Made by a program: the position numbers and the translations under genes. A stretch of DNA of 64,000 nucleotides, taken from the sequence record MW825358.1. One strand, 5' to 3'. Positions within the stretch are counted from its first letter, which is position 1. The number at the start of each line of letters is the position of its first letter. Under the pieces are notes generated by a model. The model worked only from the letters and a program-made list of their open reading frames with translations, ran no database searches and had not been told where the DNA came from. This document shows, one piece after another, positions 38,161 to 47,146 of this stretch.

Positions 38161-40410
38161 ATGATCCTTTTTGAAAAAGACTGGCAGCTCTATCCAACTG
38201 CCATTGCAGACTTTCAAACGACGAACCAAACGTTCATTCGTATGGCTCAGCTCTACGACTCGATGGGCATTCGCAACAATGTCTTTCATCTGTCATTGCT
38301 GAATCCTGAACTGCAAGGGGTGGATCCGTTTTCTGAGAATCTCACCATCCAGCAGAAGATCGACATCGGTCTTGAGTGCGCAATCAATCCGTGGTACTTC
38401 CTCCGTGAAATCGTACGCGTGCCTCCGCAATCAGGTCCGCGTCCTGTTCGACTCAAAGGCAACCGAGGTAACATCGGGTTGTTCTGGTCGTTCTTCAACC
38501 ATATCGACGTGGCGTTGATCCAACCCCGTCAGACTGGTAAGTCCGTCTCCACTGACTGCTTGATGACCAACATCACGTATATGTCCACGGACAATACCAC
38601 CACCACCATGATTACCAAGGATAACGATCTGCGTCGTAAGAACGTGGAGCGTTTGAAGAAGATCCGTGACTTGTTGCCCAAGTACCTGATCCATATCACC
38701 CCTGAAGATGCTGACAATCAGATCGAGCTGACCTACAAGCGTCGTAAGAATGCGTACATGACGGCTGTGGCCCAAAACAGTGAGTCAGGCGCCAACAACG
38801 TGGGTCGTGGTTTGACCTCCCCGATCTTGCACTCAGACGAAGGTCCGTTTACCGCGTTCATCAACGTCATTCTGCCGGCGGCGCTGGCCGCAGGTACCGC
38901 AGCTCGTCAAGAAGCACGTGAGAATGGCCGGCCCTATGGCAATATCTTCACCACCACGGCCGGTAAGAAAGACAGCCGTGAAGGTAAGTACATGCACGAG
39001 CTGATCTTTGGCGGTGCGGTGTGGGATGAGCGTTTGGCCTTTGATAGTCGCAATGAGGATGAACTGCGCGAGCGGGTGGTGGCTAACTGTGCGGGTATTC
39101 CCGGACAGAAGGGTGCCAAGCGTGCCTTGTTCAATATCACCTTGTCTCACCGTCAGTTAGGCTATTCTGATGAATGGCTGTTGGAGTCCATGGCCAACGC
39201 CGGCGGTACACCTGAGTCCTTGGCCCGTGACTTCTTAAACTTCTGGTCTTCTGGCTCTTTGCGTTCACCGCTGTCTCAAGAGCTGAATGAGAAGATCTTA
39301 AAATCGGTGATCGATGCGACGTATCTGGATTTCTCTCCTGAGAACTACTGTCTGAATTGGTTCATCCCCAAAGAAGACATTGCGCTGCGTATGGCCAATG
39401 GTCGCTTCGTGGCAGGACTGGATACCTCAGAGGCGGTGGGTCGCGATACCATTGCATTGGTGATTGTCGATGTGGAGACCTTAGAGGTTGTTGCTACTGG
39501 TACCTATAACGAAACCAACCTAATTCGTTTCTCCCACTATCTGGGTAACATCTTGATTCGCTTCCCGCGAATTACTTTGATCCCAGAGCGCAAGTCCACC
39601 GGTGGAATGATCGTGGATTATCTGACCTTGCAGTTAGTCAAGGCAGGGCAAGATCCGTTCAAGCGCATCTTCAATTATATCGTAGATAATGCATCTACTG
39701 ATCGAGAAGAATACGCCGAGCTTAATCGTCCCTTGGAGCTGCGTACCGAGCAGTTCTACGATACGCGTAAAGCCAAGTTCGGTTTCATGACCACCTCCAG
39801 CTCACGTACCCTGCTCTATACCACCGTGTTGCAAAACGCGGCTAAGAACGGTGGTGCTTTGGTGAACTCAGAACGTCTGTCCCAAGAGCTGCGCTCGCTG
39901 GTCGTCAAGAATGATCGCATCGACCATGCCTCTTCCGGACACGATGACCATGTCATTGCCTGGCTATTGGCCAACTGGTTACTCACCCACGGTCGCAACC
40001 TGCAACACTACGGGATTGACTCAGCCCGAGTGATGTCGGCGCTGTATGGGGTGGAGGCCAAGGAAGAATCGCCTGAAGAGACCTACCGCAGGTTGGAACA
40101 GCAACGCCTGCTGGAAGACGCTGCAGAACTCCTAGAGCAACTCAATCGGGAAAGTGACCCGTGGGTGCTGGCCAAGCTGGAAGGTCGCTTGCGCTCGCTC
40201 TCAGGGCGTTTGGTCGAAGAGGATGATACTTCCTACGTCCAGACGATCGATGCGGCCATCTCTGAATCGCGCGAGAACCGTGAAAAGCTCAAGCGTCTGC
40301 AAGGACGTGGGGGGACGGCCGGCGGCTTTAAACCCATGGACCGCTCTGTGGCCTACGGCAATCAGAACAACTTTGCTGCAATCCCTGGGCATAGCTTTTC
40401 TGTGTACTAA
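38161..40410 (+). CDS. terL: Terminase large subunit (749 aa)
   Basis: QPRQTGKS (Walker A), ILHSDEGPF (Walker B), AGLDTSE and HDDHVIA RNase H-fold acidic motifs. Confidence 0.93.
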   Translation: MILFEKDWQLYPTAIADFQTTNQTFIRMAQLYDSMGIRNNVFHLSLLNPELQGVDPFSENLTIQQKIDIGLECAINPWYFLREIVRVPPQSGPRPVRLKGNRGNIGLFWSFFNHIDVALIQPRQTGKSVSTDCLMTNITYMSTDNTTTTMITKDNDLRRKNVERLKKIRDLLPKYLIHITPEDADNQIELTYKRRKNAYMTAVAQNSESGANNVGRGLTSPILHSDEGPFTAFINVILPAALAAGTAARQEARENGRPYGNIFTTTAGKKDSREGKYMHELIFGGAVWDERLAFDSRNEDELRERVVANCAGIPGQKGAKRALFNITLSHRQLGYSDEWLLESMANAGGTPESLARDFLNFWSSGSLRSPLSQELNEKILKSVIDATYLDFSPENYCLNWFIPKEDIALRMANGRFVAGLDTSEAVGRDTIALVIVDVETLEVVATGTYNETNLIRFSHYLGNILIRFPRITLIPERKSTGGMIVDYLTLQLVKAGQDPFKRIFNYIVDNASTDREEYAELNRPLELRTEQFYDTRKAKFGFMTTSSSRTLLYTTVLQNAAKNGGALVNSERLSQELRSLVVKNDRIDHASSGHDDHVIAWLLANWLLTHGRNLQHYGIDSARVMSALYGVEAKEESPEETYRRLEQQRLLEDAAELLEQLNRESDPWVLAKLEGRLRSLSGRLVEEDDTSYVQTIDAAISESRENREKLKRLQGRGGTAGGFKPMDRSVAYGNQNNFAAIPGHSFSVY

Positions 40411-40413
40411 CCA

Positions 40414-40450
40414 GCATAAGCCCCCTCCCAAACGGGAGGGGGCTGTATGT
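40414..40450. terminator. Bidirectional terminator
   Basis: gcataa-gccccctccc-aaac-gggagggggc-tgtatg. Confidence 0.85.
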
Positions 40451-40455
40451 TGTTC

Positions 40456-40827
40456 TTATCCCACTGCAACCTGCTGAGTCTGACGCATCTGACGCATGGC
40501 CGCCACCGAGGCTTTCAACAAGCACCCGTGCATGACCAATTCAATGGCTTGTTCCAAATCCAACTTGGACAACGTCGAATAGACAAAGACCTGTCCGTCT
40601 TTCTGGAGGATCTCTGCTTCAATACTCCACAAGGTCACCACCTTATCTGCCACCCACGGCAACACCGAAGTCTTGGTGAGCGTCAAAGGACGATAAGAGA
40701 TATTGACCTTGCGATGATCTTTCTGCATCGCGGTGGCGACCATGCGAATGATCGATTGGGTCTCACCGATGCGCGAGGTGACGCGGCTCAGGTTTTTCAG
40801 CAGGGATTTGAGATTCATAGCTCGCAC
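40456..40827 (-). CDS. Hypothetical protein (123 aa)
   Basis: Third gene of a minus-strand chain ending at a terminator. Confidence 0.65.
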   Translation of the reverse strand: MRAMNLKSLLKNLSRVTSRIGETQSIIRMVATAMQKDHRKVNISYRPLTLTKTSVLPWVADKVVTLWSIEAEILQKDGQVFVYSTLSKLDLEQAIELVMHGCLLKASVAAMRQMRQTQQVAVG

Positions 40828-41231
40828 GTAATGGTCTGGTAGGAGGGCTTGAGTCGATCAAGGAAAGCATGCAACGCGTAGGTATGCGGGTACTGGGAGC
40901 CCCTCAGTAACGTATTACACAGCAGCGGATAGACCACCGGTTCAAACAGCTGCGGCTGCAGCTGTGCGCGAATGGCTTCCGGTGCGAACGCCACGACCCG
41001 ATAGACGGTCTGTACCGTGTTGGGCGTCCACCAGTGCTTAAAGCGGGTCTCGTAGGTGATCTGCGAGATTTCCACACCAATTTCGACATCATCATCAACC
41101 AAAGAAGGACGCAGCACCACCTTGGAGTGGGCCACCTTACCTTGGTATTCAACCGTTGAGCGATCTCCTAAGAGCCAATCCCAAAATACGCCGAGCTGTT
41201 CGTAAAACCGATCCATGAGTATTCCTTGCAT
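40815..41231 (-). CDS. Hypothetical protein (138 aa)
   Basis: Chained minus-strand ORF; start may be 41216. Confidence 0.7.
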   Translation of the reverse strand: MQGILMDRFYEQLGVFWDWLLGDRSTVEYQGKVAHSKVVLRPSLVDDDVEIGVEISQITYETRFKHWWTPNTVQTVYRVVAFAPEAIRAQLQPQLFEPVVYPLLCNTLLRGSQYPHTYALHAFLDRLKPSYQTITCEL

Positions 41232-41243
41232 GGGGGTTATTGA

Positions 41244-42464
41244 TCAGCTTTGATAGTACTGCATTGCCATTGCCCGCAGGACCAGATACAACTGGACACC
41301 GGTACGGACAGAGGCAATCACCGAAGCGTTCTTGGTGTGGATGGCGTTGGTCACCACTTTCTCTGACAACTCCTTGGTTTTGAGCAAGGACGGATCAGAC
41401 ATGCGTGAGGCCATATACATCGAGCGCAGCTTGGTGATCAGTGGGGTCAACCCACCACGACTGTTATACAGCTCTCGATCTGAGGCAATCAGCTCAAAAG
41501 CGTAGATGAGGGTTTCATCGGCCAGCTCAGTGATATACTGCTGGCGCGGTGCTTGGCGGTTCTTACTCATCCATTCCAACGTCTCAACCAGACGACGTGG
41601 ATCCATCGTGTGCATACCATCGGCCACTACGTCCACCAGTTCTTCGCGGACAAAGCTTTTGGGATCATCCATCACCGTGTGCAAGTAGCGGATAAAGGTG
41701 GTGAACTGACGGGTCTTATCCATCAAGATCACACTGCCATCCACCGCCTCACGCACAGAGCGTTCACTGCCCACCTTGACACCTCGGGCGTGCAGCTCAT
41801 AGAAAATCTTACAAATGGACTTGATCAATTCTTTCAGGCGGTTCTGAATGTCATTGACCATGTTGATAACGTCTTTGTCATTGCGCATCTCCATATACGC
41901 ACGGCGATGGACCGAGCGGGAGGAGACCATGTCTTCTGCACGTGTTTCCAGCAGAGCATGCCATGACGGGGCAGTTTTGATCAGGTACTTCTTGGACATC
42001 TGCGCCAAGGTCGCCAATGCCGTGCCTTCATCGGCCGGAAAGCGAAAGTAGTGCGAGAGGATCGAACCCAAGAACTTATACTGCAAAATCTGGATGGTCA
42101 ACCTGGCACCTTCCTCTTTTAAGGCCGGTGCAAGGGACGAGGTCATAATGCGGTGGGTTAACCACACGCATGACAGGTTGAACACGTCATTGGCGCGCAC
42201 CCAATCTTGGTTGTGCGGCAAACGCTTAATGCCCTCTTCTGCTTGCAGGTCATCAATGTCTAGGACTTCGATAAACCACTTCTCTCGCTCTTGTGGGCGA
42301 AAGCGCATGGGATGGACACCGGTGAGCTGACCGCCGAAGAACGAGATATGGTCTTCACTGCGGTTGACGAACTCACGTTCAAACTGCCGGATGCGAGCAA
42401 TGAGCTTGGCGTCCACGACAAAGTCGGGCGCTGAGGCTTCAAAGACGGACTTAATCGTGTCCAC
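41244..42464 (-). CDS. Conserved phiKZ-family helical protein (gp32-like; GTG start at 42464)
   Basis: GGAG RBS 6 nt before GTG; HISFFGGQLTGVHPMRF and SVRTGVQLYLVLRA motifs recalled from phiKZ-like phages. Confidence 0.65.
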   Translation of the reverse strand: MDTIKSVFEASAPDFVVDAKLIARIRQFEREFVNRSEDHISFFGGQLTGVHPMRFRPQEREKWFIEVLDIDDLQAEEGIKRLPHNQDWVRANDVFNLSCVWLTHRIMTSSLAPALKEEGARLTIQILQYKFLGSILSHYFRFPADEGTALATLAQMSKKYLIKTAPSWHALLETRAEDMVSSRSVHRRAYMEMRNDKDVINMVNDIQNRLKELIKSICKIFYELHARGVKVGSERSVREAVDGSVILMDKTRQFTTFIRYLHTVMDDPKSFVREELVDVVADGMHTMDPRRLVETLEWMSKNRQAPRQQYITELADETLIYAFELIASDRELYNSRGGLTPLITKLRSMYMASRMSDPSLLKTKELSEKVVTNAIHTKNASVIASVRTGVQLYLVLRAMAMQYYQS

Positions 42465-42646
42465 GTAACACTCCGGGGGCTTTGAGGTAAAGGTTCTACA
42501 CAATTAGCCGCCGGGTGGAGTGCATACCACTAGCCAGCTCAGTGGAAATTTACGTGATCTTCACGTGAAGAGGCCGTTCTAGGGGTGTGAAACCCCCTTA
42601 CGTATTTCCTTACTTGGAGTGCTAGGCTTGTAGGAGAATTTAAACA

Positions 42647-42696
42647 GTAGTACTACTTACGTAGTACTACCTACTGTTATGTTACTATTAGTACTA
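42647..42696. repeat. Palindrome cluster GTAGTACTAC-ttac-GTAGTACTAC ... TAGTACTA
   Basis: Two identical self-complementary 10-mers 4 nt apart plus a third 8-mer in an AT-rich intergenic region. Confidence 0.8.
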
Positions 42697-42898
42697 TAAT
42701 GGGAAGGTAGGGTCCCAAAGGCCAGACCTGCGAAGCAGGCTGGGACTTTAAAAGCCAAAAAAAAACAAGGGAGGATGCGGTAGCGCCTCCCGGGCTTTGA
42801 GGCCCGTCCGGCTCGAGGGGAAGGAAAAGAGCAAAAGCGGTCTAACCCAAGCTTACCCTATGTACCTTCACTTTTTTAGAATCTCGGAGTTAGACCGT

Positions 42899-43846
42899 AT
42901 GACTAGCACCCGCAGCCCCGGCGCGCGCCGGGTCGACGTGTTTGCCACCGTTTCGATGGAAGCGCAGATGCGCGCTTTGAATCTCAATGCAGACCTGCGC
43001 TTTGCCAGTGACAGCGTCTCGCTGGAAACCCAGCAGATGGAAGAACAGCGCCAACTCAACCAGCTGGCCGATCACCATGAGCAATTGAAGAAGCTGCTCA
43101 AGGGCGAAAAGCCCACCGGCACCCCGCACCTGTTCGTGCTGGAACCGGAGCTGCTCAAGGCCGGTGGTCAAGAAGCTCAGTCTGTGCTGCAAGCCCTGGC
43201 CCAAAGCCAGTTCAATTGCAACCAGTCCACCGTGGTGGCCTTGCTGCCGCCCAGCGCTGAGCGCAGTCAGGCCGGTGAGCTGGTGGCTCAGACCTTGAAG
43301 GACGGTATCCTCAAGGACTTAGGGCTGGAGGCCATTGAAACCTACGAGGGCCTGCAAAAGCACTTTGGGACTTTCATTAGCCCTGAGATTCGGGAGATTC
43401 CTTCGATGGAAGCCCAAATCAATGAAGACTTTGTCACTGAGCAGGTCAAGGAACGCAAAGTTTCCACGACCCCCTTTAGTCAGGACGATATCGATTTCAT
43501 TGAAGAACACATGGGTCAAAAGCTTCCAGCTGATTTGAAGAAGCTTTATCTCCAGGTAGGTAGTTTTCGTGTCGACGGATTGACTGTGTACTCAGCCCAT
43601 TCTGCCATGACCGAAACCTCGGCAATGATGCAATCCAACAGGCATCTGCCGTATACCTATTTTGTCTTTGGCCGCAAAGTATTTAATACCAACATCGATC
43701 GTATTAAGGCAGGAGATGAGTTCAAGCTGATTTGCGATCTGAAGACCCGAAAGGTTGGCTACCTTCCCAGCGCCGGGGGTGTGGTCGCCCGCCCGAGTTC
43801 TGCGCTATACCCCTTCATTGCCAGTCTGATCCATTTTAACGACTAA
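42899..43846 (+). CDS. Putative head-packaged protein with C-terminal SMI1/KNR4 (SUKH) domain (315 aa)
   Basis: GGAG RBS before ATG 42899; SME, SLE, GLE, SME sites in the N-terminal half; PFSQDDIDFIEEHMGQKLPADLKKLYLQVG...LPYTYFVFG...LYPFIASL matches the SMI1/KNR4 pattern. Confidence 0.72.
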   Translation: MTSTRSPGARRVDVFATVSMEAQMRALNLNADLRFASDSVSLETQQMEEQRQLNQLADHHEQLKKLLKGEKPTGTPHLFVLEPELLKAGGQEAQSVLQALAQSQFNCNQSTVVALLPPSAERSQAGELVAQTLKDGILKDLGLEAIETYEGLQKHFGTFISPEIREIPSMEAQINEDFVTEQVKERKVSTTPFSQDDIDFIEEHMGQKLPADLKKLYLQVGSFRVDGLTVYSAHSAMTETSAMMQSNRHLPYTYFVFGRKVFNTNIDRIKAGDEFKLICDLKTRKVGYLPSAGGVVARPSSALYPFIASLIHFND

Positions 43847-43850
43847 GCAT

Positions 43851-43887
43851 CATACAGCCCCTGCCTAAAAGGGCAGGGGTTTTATGC
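43851..43887 (+). terminator. Intrinsic terminator
   Basis: catacagcccctgcct-aaa-agggcaggggttttatgc. Confidence 0.8.
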
Positions 43888-43891
43888 TGTC

Positions 43892-43928
43892 GATTCAAAT
43901 CAGATTCACCGCTATAATACCATGGTGA
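43892..43928 (+). promoter_or_regulatory. Degenerate copy of the chmA-type promoter, contains TATAAT
   Basis: GATTCAAA...TATAATACCATGGTGA; same GATT.AAA-to-TGA spacing as 58878 (about 19/37 identity by eye). Confidence 0.4.
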
Positions 43929-43992
43929 GGCCCTGCGTCATTCAATTGTAATCAATACGATTGAAAGGGAAATCAAACACATACTACGACTA

Positions 43993-44121
43993 TGACAGCG
44001 ATCCTGTACTGCCAACGCGGTGCAGATCGTCACATGCCCTCTATGGTGGGGGTACAGCACAGTGCCTGTCAGACCTGCTAGCCCCAGTCTGGCAGGGTGC
44101 GGGCTGTCTGTATCCCCACCA
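43993..44121 (+). ncRNA. Putative structured RNA / 5' leader with two long hairpins
   Basis: Hairpin 43993-44032 and ~78-nt hairpin 44044-44121 with several G-U pairs. Confidence 0.5.
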
Positions 44122-44166
44122 CCTTCATTCCATCCAATAACTCCCTCATTCGGAAAGGAACCTAAC

Positions 44167-44733
44167 ATGCCACTTGCCGACATCACTCTGGCCATTATCA
44201 CCACTCACCCTGACAAGCAGAACCCGAGTTTCGAGTACTACTTCCCCACCCCCAGCGGCCGTCCCCTAGTAAGGTTGGATTATTTCCTCAGCACCCAAGT
44301 CCGCGACAGGTTTGCAGATCAGCCCGCTACCCTCAATCCGGCCCAGTTCGAAGAAAGTCTGGTGTCGTATCTGGAACAGCTCGGGGCGCGTGGGGCGGTG
44401 TTTGATCATCTCAATACCGTTGCAAATGACGTAGTCTACACGGTCGATCCGTTGACCAAGAAAATCACAGAAGCCGTTGCAGACTACTACGTCAACCAGA
44501 CCTTGTTGCTGTCCTGGGATCGACCCATGTCTAACGGGAAGACCCGCACCGAAGTCCGGGCGGTGGTGTTCAGTGCTGCCAGCACCAATCACCTGGGGGT
44601 CGTCTCAGCCTTTCCCCATGAGCGGTCTGTTGTCTTGGAAGAAGTGCGAGAAGTCCTGGAAGGAAGCGATCTGCCGTCCAACTTCGCTGAGGAAGTGACG
44701 GAGCTGTACTTCAGTAGCATCATTGGCCTGTAA
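44167..44733 (+). CDS. Hypothetical protein (188 aa from ATG 44167)
   Basis: AAAGGAA RBS before 44167. Confidence 0.75.
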   Translation: MPLADITLAIITTHPDKQNPSFEYYFPTPSGRPLVRLDYFLSTQVRDRFADQPATLNPAQFEESLVSYLEQLGARGAVFDHLNTVANDVVYTVDPLTKKITEAVADYYVNQTLLLSWDRPMSNGKTRTEVRAVVFSAASTNHLGVVSAFPHERSVVLEEVREVLEGSDLPSNFAEEVTELYFSSIIGL

Positions 44734-44819
44734 CCCTCATAGCTGATCCAGAGGTTCATCTTCTGGGGTATGTCCTAAATACAACAAGAACCATCCCTCA
44801 CCTTAAGGAAAATCGTGTC

Positions 44820-45359
44820 ATGGAAACCTTCTACAAGAACGTGCGGAACTTCTTTCGCAGCATCATCTTCAATTCCAGCAATCCGCACCTGATCGGTCGG
44901 GACCACAAGCACCTGGAAGATCAGTACAAGCGTCGCTTCACCGCTCCGGACGTGGCAGCGCAGGTGTTGTTTGACCTGCTCACTGCTGATGACTACTTCA
45001 CCCAGGCACTCGATGAGTTTGAAGGTGAGCGTCTGGTGCGGGTGTGCGTGGTCGGCGATGAACTGCGGGCCAACCTGTTCCGCCTGGAGCGCTTTCCTTC
45101 CGGTCCGCTGTCTCCGGCCTTCAACGAGGACTGGCGCCGAGATGATATCGCCCATATCCAGATCACGGTCAATCCCCACCCGCTCGATGACGGCACCTTC
45201 CAGATCCGTCGTCGCTTCCGACTGCTCACGGCCGACAAGCCCACCGACCTGTCCTACGACTACTTCGAGCCCTTCGCCTCTTACGTGCGGGTGTTGACGC
45301 ACGAAGAAAACGCGCTGGTCTCCCAGTCCTGCGCACCCACCTGGCGCAAAGCCGCCTAA
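44820..45359 (+). CDS. Hypothetical protein (179 aa)
   Basis: AAGGA RBS, C-ending codon bias. Confidence 0.75.
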   Translation: METFYKNVRNFFRSIIFNSSNPHLIGRDHKHLEDQYKRRFTAPDVAAQVLFDLLTADDYFTQALDEFEGERLVRVCVVGDELRANLFRLERFPSGPLSPAFNEDWRRDDIAHIQITVNPHPLDDGTFQIRRRFRLLTADKPTDLSYDYFEPFASYVRVLTHEENALVSQSCAPTWRKAA

Positions 45360-45374
45360 CTCCAAGGAACTCCC

Positions 45375-45995
45375 ATGAAGAACTTTCTCTTGATCCTGAC
45401 TGTGCTGTTCCTGGTCGGCTGCAGTGACAGTGCCGCCACCAGCGGTCTGCTCTCCCGGCCCAAGGACTCGACCCCACCGGTGGCCGGTGAGGCCTATGTC
45501 GACCTGCAAGGCAATCCAGTCCAGGCCGGTACACCGCTGCTGCCGGAAGACACCAGCCCGGTGGACAAGGTTGCCGTCCAACCCACTACCGAGACTACTC
45601 GGCCGGCCACCAGCTTTCCCGACGATACTACCGAAGGGATCGTGGACCAGACCGAGCTGAAACAAGCGTTCATCACCAAGGACCCGGGCCGCTTTGTCGG
45701 CCTGCCCACGGGGCTGAGCGAAAACGGATATCCAGTATATCCGGCTACGTGTAGTTTTTACCCAGACCACGCAGAATGTGAACTGCTTTCTGGTGAAGTC
45801 GTCGATGAGGCGTATCTGGAACAGCATACCACGGTGATCCGCAACATCGATGTGTTGCACGGGGACATGACCTGTGGTACGATGATCTGCGTGGACAAGG
45901 ACGGCAACGTTTTAGGCCACGTCTCCAAAGCCATGCAAGGCTGGAGAAGCAACAACTGCACTTGGCGCCAATACGGCGACGCCATCTGTAAGTGA
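45375..45995 (+). CDS. Lipoprotein (206 aa)
   Basis: MKNFLLILTVLFLVG-C lipobox; Pro/Thr linker; Cys-rich C-terminal domain. Confidence 0.8.
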   Translation: MKNFLLILTVLFLVGCSDSAATSGLLSRPKDSTPPVAGEAYVDLQGNPVQAGTPLLPEDTSPVDKVAVQPTTETTRPATSFPDDTTEGIVDQTELKQAFITKDPGRFVGLPTGLSENGYPVYPATCSFYPDHAECELLSGEVVDEAYLEQHTTVIRNIDVLHGDMTCGTMICVDKDGNVLGHVSKAMQGWRSNNCTWRQYGDAICK

Positions 45996-46031
45996 AACAC
46001 CCGCCGTAAATAAAATAGGAAACTCACCAAA

Positions 46032-46484
46032 ATGCAAGAATCGATTCGTATCCAGTACAACCCCTTCGCCAACCCGGCCGCTGTGGATGCCTTCATGGAC
46101 ACCCTGAGCGAGCAGTTGGCCGCAGAAGGTTCGGCCCCGACCATCACCTCCGAAAAGGTTGGCCCGTTCGCTTTGGACGGCCAGCAGTTCCGTGTGGTGT
46201 GGACCGGCAGCTACGCCTTCTCCTCGCCGGACCAGTACTACAACTTCGGGCAGAGCGATCTGCGCGTGGAAGTGGAAACCACTGACCTGGATTTCTCGAC
46301 CTTCGAGAAGTTCACCGCCGGTCGTGAGCGGGCCATCAAGATGGCCTATCGCGAGGCCCTGCGTGGGGTGTACAACATGTCGGCCTCGTTGGCAGAAGGG
46401 CATCACACCCCGACCCTGCCCAAAGATGCTTACATCCGCAACACGCTGGAAGAAGCGCTCGCCGCGTTCCCCAACAGCAACTAA
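46032..46484 (+). CDS. Hypothetical protein (150 aa)
   Basis: AGGA RBS, strong codon bias, downstream terminator. Confidence 0.8.
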   Translation: MQESIRIQYNPFANPAAVDAFMDTLSEQLAAEGSAPTITSEKVGPFALDGQQFRVVWTGSYAFSSPDQYYNFGQSDLRVEVETTDLDFSTFEKFTAGRERAIKMAYREALRGVYNMSASLAEGHHTPTLPKDAYIRNTLEEALAAFPNSN

Positions 46485-46489
46485 GCAAC

Positions 46490-46525
46490 ATAGCCCTCCT
46501 CCCCGTTGGGGAGGAGGGTATATGC
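46490..46525 (+). terminator. Intrinsic terminator
   Basis: gccctcctcccc-gttg-gggaggagggt-atatgc then U-tract. Confidence 0.8.
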
Positions 46526-46594
46526 TGTCTTTTTTGCCTACCACCGACCATCGTATGGTCATCCCCCGACCCTTAGAAAAAAGGATCTTCATCT

Positions 46595-47086
46595 ATGTCA
46601 ACGTTTGAAAACTTCACGGTGCGTACTTCGGCCCTGTTCAACAACCCCACGCTGGTGGCGCAGCTGGAAGCTCAGCTGCTGGCCATCGCCCCGACCCAGG
46701 GCGAGCGCTATGTCAACATCGAAAAGACTCCTGCACCCGCCAACAGCTACATCAAGCCTGAACAAGGCGTGCTGAGCGTGAGCTGGGTAGTGAACTGCAA
46801 CATCACGGGTATTTGGGGTCAGGTCAATTTGGTCTACCCCACTATCACCGAGGTGGTGTATTCGGATGACCCCACCGGTGTGGACCTGATGCGCAAGGCC
46901 ATCGCTGCGCGGCAGCGCATTGCCGCCAAACTGGAAACCTGGTTCATCAACAACGCCCACCTGCTCATCGAAGGCGTCCGTCAAGAAGCGGCCCAGGATG
47001 AATTCAGCGATACGACCAAGGAAACGTGGGTGCAGCGTGCCCGCACTCAGTACGCAGAAGCGCGCAAGGATCTGATGCGCGTGTAA
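46595..47086 (+). CDS. Hypothetical protein (163 aa)
   Basis: AAAGGA RBS; bounded by terminators. Confidence 0.8.
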   Translation: MSTFENFTVRTSALFNNPTLVAQLEAQLLAIAPTQGERYVNIEKTPAPANSYIKPEQGVLSVSWVVNCNITGIWGQVNLVYPTITEVVYSDDPTGVDLMRKAIAARQRIAAKLETWFINNAHLLIEGVRQEAAQDEFSDTTKETWVQRARTQYAEARKDLMRV

Positions 47087-47090
47087 GCAA

Positions 47091-47128
47091 CATAGACCCG
47101 GGCCCTGAAAAGGGCCCGGGCTTTATGC
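47091..47128. terminator. Bidirectional terminator
   Basis: cccgggccct-gaaa-agggcccggg-ctttatgc between convergent genes. Confidence 0.85.
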
Positions 47129-47146
47129 TGTCTTTTCTTTTTTGGA

